NCBI GenBank assembly: GCA_977862235.1
Contig: OZ374563.1
Location: 2,480,001 to 2,544,000, forward strand
Source: Dudresnaya verticillata
Lineage: Eukaryota
Reading direction: 5' to 3'
Length of the DNA stretch: 64,000 nt
The position numbers were made by a program, and so were the translations under genes. This document shows positions 56,769 through 64,000 of this stretch, piece by piece. Within the stretch, counting starts at the first letter, position 1. The number at the start of each line of letters is the position of its first letter. The notes under the pieces are model-generated. The model made no database searches. It was given only the letters and a program-made list of their open reading frames with translations, and was not told the origin of the DNA.

Positions 56769-59700
56769 ATGCCGGACCCGCCCCAAAAGCCGTCCCATCC
56801 GCCACGCCCTCCCTCCCACCCTCGCCAACAACCCCAAGCTCCTGCTGCACCCAAACCCTCTCCAGCGAAGCCCCTCTCCACCCAACCCGCTCAACGCACC
56901 TCACAACCCGCCACCCACCCACCCCACCCCTCCTCAGCCCTGCTTCGACAATCTACAGCCCCGCTTCCACACCAACCAAACACTCGCCCGCCCTCCCTCT
57001 TAACGAGGCCGCCGCCCTCGCTGCAACACCGCAAGGCGCCCCAGCCCGCACCCTACCGAAAGCCCCCACCCCCGCGCAAAACACCCCTCTCAACCGCCCT
57101 CAAGCCCTCCCCGACAATCCGTAAGACCCTACCCACTACCGGCGGCCCACTGCGCAAGCCCTCCTCCGTATCCGCCGCCTCGCGAAAGGGGCCCACTCCA
57201 GTCTCCGCTGCTGCTGCCATCAATGCAGCCGTCGCCGCCGCCGCTTCCCGCGCCGCCGCCGCCGCTGCAATTGCAATGGCGAAGGGCCCTGTTGCCCAAC
57301 CCAAGTCGCATTCTGTGCCCTACGGCAGGGCAGGTGGCGCTGGTGGCTCCAGAGTCCCCGCCTCTGCTCCCACGAAGACATCCGCTGTCGCCACATTTTC
57401 GAGGGCTCAAGCCGCTGCAGTTGCAAAGCCCAGTGTTCCCACTGCAAAACAGAGAGCTGCTGTTACGACTGCGGCCGTACGGACCGCGGTGCAGAGGCAG
57501 CCGCCGGTCACACCAAGGCAGCCCACCTCGCAGAAACACCCCTCTCACATGAAAGTGCCTACGCTGTCCAAGCCGACTACGCCTGTGCCGACAAGGACTG
57601 CTATCCATCCTACCACATCTACTGCCAGGAGCATTCCCACCCGTCCTGTCCCGAGCACTGCATTTCCGCTGGTACCACCACAGCGTCAGCAGGTGCAAAG
57701 ACCGTCGCACCAGCAGCAGCAAACGCAGCAGTCGTACCTGCAAAAGAAGCAACCTGTTTTGCATGCACAGCATCAAACACAAGCCCGAAGGCCTCAACAA
57801 CCACGCGACCCGCAGCAACAGGTGAAGCTAGCACAACCACAACAACCCCAGCCACCGCGGAAGCCGCAACAACCGCTCCAACAACAGCAAAGCCAATCAC
57901 AGCGGCAACCGCCGCGACAGCAGCCGCTGCAACGACAGCCTCCGCCGAAGGCGCCGAAGCCTTCGCCGCAACCGCAACTGAAACCGCAACAGCCACAGAC
58001 ACAAGCCCGGCCACAGCCTCAGCCTCAGCCGCAGCCGCAACAGCCACAGCAGAAGCCACAGCAGAGGCCAGAATCGCGGCAGCAACCGCAGCATCCACAG
58101 CGGCCGCAACAGCCGCAACGGCCGCAGCAGCCGAAGCAGCCACAGCAGCCACAGCAGCCACAGCGACCGCAGCAGCCACAGAGACCTCAGCAGCCGAAAC
58201 AACCGACAGCTTCGCGCAGTGCTACATTCCACCCGGCAAAACGACCACGCACTTCTCCAAAGGCACAACGGCCAACATCGGCAGTTGCTTCCCCGCCAGC
58301 GCCTGCACCCCCGTCAGCTCCTCCGAAGACAATCCCACGCGTAGTACACCAGCTCACAGGAGGTATCACACCCGCCTCGCTAGTCCCAACCTTCCCTGCG
58401 GGCAAAAAGCCTGTGCAGCGCCGTCGCTGGCAGTGGCAGCCCTTCCGAAACTCAGCACGCCGCGATGGGCTGCGCTTGTCGCACTGGGCTGTTGTGGGGC
58501 GGCCGGATGCAGATTATACATTTGCAAGGTTCAACAAGAAGATCCGCATGGTGACCTACACAGAGGAGGAGTACAAGGCAGTTATCAAGAACTTGATGCC
58601 TCTCAATGTCGCCAAAACTTCTGCTAGCGCAAAAGGGAAGCTTGCTAAACATAGCACGTCAAATGACAAGCCTACGAATGGGAAAGGCGCGTCCGTGGGG
58701 ACAGTGAAAGCCACGAAGGCTGCTCAAACGAATGCCGGAGCGGATCCTGGCAAAGCCACAGCGGTCACACCGCCCGTACCAACTTCAGAGCATAACACTC
58801 GGAAGAGTGCAGCTGCAGTGGCACAGCCACAACGGCAAGTACCTTCCCAGGGCAACAACGCTGCCTCGGCGAAACGTCCCGTACCGCAAAGACATGGTGT
58901 GAACTACGTACCGCCGCAGAAGCCCTGGACAAAGGAGGAGACGGATACGCTCTTTGCTTTATGTAACCAGTTTGATCTCCGTTTTGTTGTCATCCATGAC
59001 CGCTGGCCAGATCCCCTGGCAGTGCGCACAGTCGATGAGCTCAAGGACCGTTATTACTCGGTGGCAAAGTCTATCATTGATCATCGCTCAATGCTTGGGG
59101 GGAAATACAAGCCAACCCTGCCGCTTGCATTGCAGAAGCACTGCCAGGCTATTAATATGAACCCGTTTGATTACGAGTATGAGTGCATTCGGAAGAATCA
59201 GATCCAATGGCAATACCGCCGCTCCAAGGCAGAGCTTCGAGAGGAGGAAGAGACGGTGCGCGAAGCACGCCGCATCGAAGCAAATCGTAAACGGCTGCTG
59301 AAGGAACGGCAGCGTCTTGCGAAGCTGCTAACGCCGATGGGAGATGTCGCGGCCGGAAGCGGAGACGGGCGGAAGGGTATTGATCAGGCGCTCGCAGCAG
59401 CTGCTGCAGCTGCAAATATGCCGCAAAAGACATTCCCCCATCGCAAAGTGGTTTCAGGAGCACTAGCTAGGAGTAGCATGATATATGCTCCTGTGTCGCA
59501 GAGTGCGCGTGTTTGCAGGCGAATTGATGAAGCCCTTGCTGAGCTTGGTGTCGGGACCCGGCCAACACCTACCACGATTGTCGTGGATAATTTCGACTTG
59601 CTGCGCATGGATATCCTCGCGTACATCGAGCTGCAGCGTACCGTGCTTCGAAAGGAAGAAGACACGCACGCGCTGCGCGTTAGGCTTGCCAAGCTGAAAG

Positions 59701-59828
59701 GGGATCCGCCGCCCCCGCCGCCCCCGGGTGTCACGATAAGTCATAAGAAAAGAAAGGCTGACGATATGGAGACGGGTTCATTGTTCTCAGGTACACCCTC
59801 AAAGCAGAATCAAAAGGGTGCGCGGTAA
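56769..59828 (+). CDS. DMAP1: DMAP1/SWC4 (NuA4/SWR1 subunit) with long Pro/Gln-rich N-terminal extension
   Basis: WQWQPFRNSARRDGLRLSHW, YTFARFNKK..YTEEEY, SANT WTKEETDTLFALCNQFDLRFVVIHDRW..RTVDELKDRYY, FDYEYECIRK. Confidence 0.92.
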   Translation: MPDPPQKPSHPPRPPSHPRQQPQAPAAPKPSPAKPLSTQPAQRTSQPATHPPHPSSALLRQSTAPLPHQPNTRPPSLLTRPPPSLQHRKAPQPAPYRKPPPPRKTPLSTALKPSPTIRKTLPTTGGPLRKPSSVSAASRKGPTPVSAAAAINAAVAAAASRAAAAAAIAMAKGPVAQPKSHSVPYGRAGGAGGSRVPASAPTKTSAVATFSRAQAAAVAKPSVPTAKQRAAVTTAAVRTAVQRQPPVTPRQPTSQKHPSHMKVPTLSKPTTPVPTRTAIHPTTSTARSIPTRPVPSTAFPLVPPQRQQVQRPSHQQQQTQQSYLQKKQPVLHAQHQTQARRPQQPRDPQQQVKLAQPQQPQPPRKPQQPLQQQQSQSQRQPPRQQPLQRQPPPKAPKPSPQPQLKPQQPQTQARPQPQPQPQPQQPQQKPQQRPESRQQPQHPQRPQQPQRPQQPKQPQQPQQPQRPQQPQRPQQPKQPTASRSATFHPAKRPRTSPKAQRPTSAVASPPAPAPPSAPPKTIPRVVHQLTGGITPASLVPTFPAGKKPVQRRRWQWQPFRNSARRDGLRLSHWAVVGRPDADYTFARFNKKIRMVTYTEEEYKAVIKNLMPLNVAKTSASAKGKLAKHSTSNDKPTNGKGASVGTVKATKAAQTNAGADPGKATAVTPPVPTSEHNTRKSAAAVAQPQRQVPSQGNNAASAKRPVPQRHGVNYVPPQKPWTKEETDTLFALCNQFDLRFVVIHDRWPDPLAVRTVDELKDRYYSVAKSIIDHRSMLGGKYKPTLPLALQKHCQAINMNPFDYEYECIRKNQIQWQYRRSKAELREEEETVREARRIEANRKRLLKERQRLAKLLTPMGDVAAGSGDGRKGIDQALAAAAAAANMPQKTFPHRKVVSGALARSSMIYAPVSQSARVCRRIDEALAELGVGTRPTPTTIVVDNFDLLRMDILAYIELQRTVLRKEEDTHALRVRLAKLKGDPPPPPPPGVTISHKKRKADDMETGSLFSGTPSKQNQKGAR
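57830..58205 (+). repeat. Coding low-complexity Gln/Pro repeat (QQP/QRP, 9-bp units)
   Basis: Visible CAGCAGCCA/CAGCGGCCG arrays. Confidence 0.85.
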
Positions 59829-60835
59829 TAACATACATGCATCTGCTCGCGCTGGGATTGAGGAGAGCAGCATGAGAGTCACGTCTTGTTCACAAGGGGC
59901 GGGGTTGCCGAACCTAGATAGGTAACACTGCTCGTACACGTAGCTGTCTCTCTCACTCTCAGTCTGCATTTCGCCAGGGCTCGCACGCCCTCGCTGCTTT
60001 TGCGCATGACGTGGTTGTGAGTACCTCGCCAGTGCTGTTCGAATCAACACGCCGAATAAGCCAGCACGAATCGAAATATGACAATCTGGCGTACCATTCC
60101 TACGCTGCAGCGTGCACCGTCATGTGCACGGAAGTCAATCGAATTACTAGGCAAGCATTTGATATTAGACTGTCCCTCAGCGGAAGATCTGACTTGCAGA
60201 GCAGTTTGGATTTCTATCGTGCGTGGCTTGCGGGGAGGGCTGCTGGAATTAGTGGAAGGCATTACGATTCTTCCCCAGACTGGATGGATACCTTGCAAGC
60301 GTGTTTTCGTCCAAGCGGTATTGTTGGCTTGTTGCGCTAGCATGATGCGCATGGACATACAAACGGTTCCGTTGCAGATCGTTTGTTATTAGAGTATGGA
60401 CGGAATCTCTATTGGGCCTCCTTGACTTGTAGCGTTGATATCAAGCATTGCTTATGTATTATGAACACGCTTTACTATCCTACAAAAGAACAAACTCCGT
60501 CCATTAACCAAACCAATATGTGCACCAGCAGACTGGAAGTCATTCAAGAGCTCCGTCACTGCGCGGGAAGAGTAGTGTACCTTGTCTTCCAATTCTGAAG
60601 GTTGCGCAAATGCATAGTTGAAATACTCGGCTCCTTGCTGCCGCCTAATAGAGCGTAGTCGCAGGCAGATTGATTACGGAATCCTGTCCCATGGCTGTTG
60701 TTGTCTTTCCTGCATTCCGAAAGAAGCATACCTTTCAAGAGAATTACAAAGATACGAACACCAATTGTGGTGTAGACGTACTACAATTGACCTGCTGCAG
60801 TAGCAGATACGTCACAGTCATCTTTAGCTGTCACA

Positions 60836-62536
60836 TCAAGCGCTCAGCTTGTCGTTAACATCATTAACAATCTCATGCCCCACGTCAACCATGCTTTCCA
60901 GAGTCTCACTGACCCGACGGTCGACAACAGAAGTACCTGAGTCATGTCGAAAAGCCATGGCAGAAGACGCACTCTCCACGCTGGAGAATTTCCCATACCG
61001 CATCAATTGCTGCTCATCGTTGATTCCCATTGTCGCGTCTTGTTGGCCATAACCATCGTTCTTACCTGCTTGCTGCGAGAAAGTACCAGTTGTCCGCACA
61101 ACTAGATCGGGCTGTTGGTTGCCCTGAGCATCGCCATCGGTGCGCGCAGCACCATGGGTCAGTCCTGCATCCGTACTCGCGGTCACCACGCCGTTTGCTT
61201 CGCCTCCAGCTTGTACAACAGAACCCGCTTGACTGTGCACCCTGCTAGGATTCGTAGGTCCAACGGCCTGTTGGTAATAATGCGTAAAGCGCTGGTTTGG
61301 CATTGAGTCCCATGCTCGTGGTGGCTCCGTTCCATTCTGAGTCGCAAGCATGGCTTCCCGAAAGCGCGAGGCTTGATCGACTGGGGCGTATTGCAAGACG
61401 GGTTGGTCGCTAGGTCGCATGTACTGGTCTCTCCGCTCTGGATGGTACTTGAGGATTTCCTCCAGGAACAAGGTGCGCAATTCGGGAATAGAATGGCTGC
61501 GGCGCTCAAATGCAAACTCCTCCATGTCAATCGGGGTGCCACGCGTTACGGTATCCATCTGCAGATACGGGTGTTTCAGCGCATCCTCAGCCGTAATACG
61601 CTTCGCGGGGTCAAATTCTAGGATCTTCCCCAGTAGGTCCAGGGCCAACGGGTCTGTAGTGGGGAAAAGCTCCTTCATAGGGCGGCGAGGACGTTTTGGC
61701 ATACGGGCGAGATGTGCACGTGCTCGGGCATCACGGACAGACGCGATAGCCTCCGGGGTAGGTGTGCCACAGGCGTTGACAATGAGTTGGAGCTGGTCCT
61801 CCGGGTTGTGCCCCGGGAAGAGGGCGCGGCCCTTGTTGAGCATCTCGGCAAAGATGCAGCCGGTAGACCACATATCAATGGCGGTGGTGTAGTTGGTGGA
61901 GCCCGCCATGATGAGCTCAGGTGCGCGATACCAGCGGGTAGCTACGTAATCTGTCCAGAAGACGAGGTCAGGCTCGTCGCGGTCAAACGCAGCTCGGGAG
62001 AGGCCAAAGTCGACGATGCGGAGATCACATTGTGCGTTGATGAGGATGTTGGAGGGCTTGAGGTCGCGATGGAAGACGCGCGAGGTGTGTATATAGTAGA
62101 TGCCGCGTATTAGCTGGAAGACGAGCCAGCGGATATGCTCTGGTGAGAGCTCTATTTTGGAGCGGAGCACGCGGGTAAGGTCGGTGGGCATGAGCTCCAG
62201 GACGACGAAGATGTCGTCGAATCGGTCGCGATCAGAGGGGAGAAGGACGTCTTTGATGGAGATGATGTTCTCATGCCCCTTGAGCAGACGGAGAAACTTG
62301 AGCTCGCGAAGGGTGCGCGTGGCCTCCGGGGCCTCCTCGAAGACGCGCATGATGCGCTTGACGGCGACCTTTTCGCCCGTTTCTACGTTGACGGCAGAGC
62401 ATACGACGCCATAGCTTCCCTCTCCGATGACCTGCTCGACGCGGTACTTGTGCTCCAACAACGGCGGGAGGAAGAACTCCTCCTTGAGGCGGTCCAGCAG
62501 GCGGCGACGCTCATCGTCCGTTGCCGGGCGCTGCAT
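60836..62536 (-). CDS. Mitogen-activated protein kinase, TDY (plant group D-like) type
   Basis: IGEGSYGVVCSA, VAVKRI, LRELKFLRLL, FHRDLKPSNIL, DFGLSR, FWTDYVATRWYRAPEL; long C-terminal extension. Confidence 0.95.
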   Translation of the reverse strand: MQRPATDDERRRLLDRLKEEFFLPPLLEHKYRVEQVIGEGSYGVVCSAVNVETGEKVAVKRIMRVFEEAPEATRTLRELKFLRLLKGHENIISIKDVLLPSDRDRFDDIFVVLELMPTDLTRVLRSKIELSPEHIRWLVFQLIRGIYYIHTSRVFHRDLKPSNILINAQCDLRIVDFGLSRAAFDRDEPDLVFWTDYVATRWYRAPELIMAGSTNYTTAIDMWSTGCIFAEMLNKGRALFPGHNPEDQLQLIVNACGTPTPEAIASVRDARARAHLARMPKRPRRPMKELFPTTDPLALDLLGKILEFDPAKRITAEDALKHPYLQMDTVTRGTPIDMEEFAFERRSHSIPELRTLFLEEILKYHPERRDQYMRPSDQPVLQYAPVDQASRFREAMLATQNGTEPPRAWDSMPNQRFTHYYQQAVGPTNPSRVHSQAGSVVQAGGEANGVVTASTDAGLTHGAARTDGDAQGNQQPDLVVRTTGTFSQQAGKNDGYGQQDATMGINDEQQLMRYGKFSSVESASSAMAFRHDSGTSVVDRRVSETLESMVDVGHEIVNDVNDKLSA

Positions 62537-63613
62537 AGTTGGTTAGCGGCGCGGGGTAGGGGGGGGAGGGGGTGGTGCGTCGGTCGCAGACTCTGCGTCT
62601 TCTTCTCTCCTGCACGAGCCTGGGGCACGTACACGCGTGGAAGACAGGCGTGCAAGGCGCGATGCAAGGTCAAAGTGACGGGACAGCAGGCGCCGCGCGG
62701 CCAAGTTGAGGGCTTGAGACGAGTGGGCAGGACACGGGCGGGATGGGGTCTGGGGAGGGAGGGAGGGAGGGCGGGAGGGAGAAGGGTGGTAAAGGGCAAC
62801 GTGCGAGGGGTCGGGTCGGGTCGGTGGAAAACGGCGCTGGGGGCGTTGGTTGGGGCTGTACGGTGTGCGGGTAGAAGGGGTATATTTTCGGCGAAAAGGG
62901 TGGCGGCATGGGGCGGCGTCCGAAGTGGGGCGCAGACGCGCGGCAGCGCGCGCGCGGCGTGGCAGATTGACACCTCAGCGCGGCGTTTGTGTTTTGTGTG
63001 GGTCGGCGACGCCGCACAGCGCGGTGTATGCGCATGGCGCGCCGCAAACGCCGACCTGCCGCCGCAGCGACAGCGCCCGCCTGCTGCTGCGCTCTCTCCG
63101 AATCGCTCGCGTCGGCACCAGCGCTCACAAGCGCCGCTATGTAGCATCACTTCAATCGCTCGTCGCTCTTCCCGCGGGACCCGCACCCACACCGCACGCA
63201 CACCCCCGACGGCCCCCGTGTAAGCAAGCAACGTATGTATGCTTCTCCAGCCTGACGTAGTAGCGCAATAACGACCACGCGCAAGCCCAGCGTGATGACA
63301 CAGCGTTTCTCTCGCATGCCGCCTCACGCTTTCTCCGTACTTATACCGCGCCTTGCGTGCTCGACTGCCCGCAAACCCCGTCTGTTGCCGACTGTCCATA
63401 CGTACACACCGGTCCAACGCCTATTTTCTGTACCTGCACGGCAAGCCGGTAACCCCACGGCCGGCAAACAGCAACAAGAAGCAGCAACACCATCACCACA
63501 AGCACACCACCTGACCAACACATTTACAACAGCAAACATGAACCAAGCCTACAATAACGATAACAACAAAAACACAAACCCAAACCAAGCAAGCCGTCTA
63601 CCACCTATATACT

Positions 63614-64000
63614 CTATACCCCGCTCTGTCCCTTCTCAGCAGTAAACTTTATGTGCTTTTCAATATTATCCCGCCCGACAGAAGGCTTTGTCTTGCTCAG
63701 TGCCAACTCAAAGTCTTCGCGACAAACGGGAGGCACGTCAAGTTCCTCAGGCTTAACGTTCATGAGCGTCATTTCAATCCTATCTGGGTCACCGGGTGAG
63801 CACGGTGCAAGCTTACTAACCATAGCCCCGCTGCTCTCGTCCTTTACCTGGACCTGCTTGAAAAAGGTTGCATTCTGCAACGTGCGCACGGGCTGCATGA
63901 TGGCGTCTCGGACCAAGATGCCAATGTCAGCGCCAGAGTAGCCCTCGGACATGTCAGCCAGCTGGATAAAGTCTTCCGACTGCAACGAGTGAGGGGTGGA
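63614..64000 (-). CDS. VPS4: VPS4 AAA ATPase, 3' end (gene continues beyond the window)
   Basis: EGYSGADIGILVRDAIMQPVR..ATFFK..LAPCSPGDP..EMT..KPSV..HIKFT..GQSG, the Vps4 beta and C-terminal oligomerisation region. Confidence 0.93.
   Translation of the reverse strand, partial: STPHSLQSEDFIQLADMSEGYSGADIGILVRDAIMQPVRTLQNATFFKQVQVKDESSGAMVSKLAPCSPGDPDRIEMTLMNVKPEELDVPPVCREDFELALSKTKPSVGRDNIEKHIKFTAEKGQSGV

Noticed and set aside
62273..63417. 316-aa and 344-aa ORFs upstream of the MAPK
   Set aside because: GC-rich promoter/UTR sequence giving Arg/Ala/Pro-rich translations with no domain signal.
1..64000. tRNA, rRNA, snoRNA or CRISPR loci
   Set aside because: The GTTCGA and C/D-box-like words I checked lacked cloverleaf or stem context. 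A covariance-model scan (Infernal, tRNAscan-SE) would be needed to exclude them fully.

Overview
Eukaryotic nuclear DNA with compact genes and few short GT-AG introns. The gene content and style suggest a red alga (florideophyte-like), which is an inference. The first 20 kb is a single Mutator-like DNA transposon (23..19967). It has ~125-130 bp imperfect TIRs and a perfect 9-bp TSD (CGATTGCAC), and carries a frameshifted MULE/SWIM transposase, a Ulp1 (C48) SUMO-protease gene and an unknown RGG/Ala-Pro-rich cargo ORF. A recent, full-length Ty3/gypsy chromovirus (8874..18722; 519-bp LTRs, 5-bp TSD CATAA) has inserted into the Ulp1 gene and carries an extra ~740-codon antisense ORF. The remainder is host sequence: a secreted repeat-domain protein, a Sel1-repeat/Roc-COR/TIR immune-receptor-like gene, an unknown gene, NAD-IDH regulatory subunit, Fes1/HSPBP1, SmD2, NOP58, ENY2/Sus1, a secreted His1 LPMO-like protein, XRN1, DMAP1/SWC4, a TDY-type MAPK and the 3' end of VPS4. 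All assignments come from motifs read by eye; no database searches were run.
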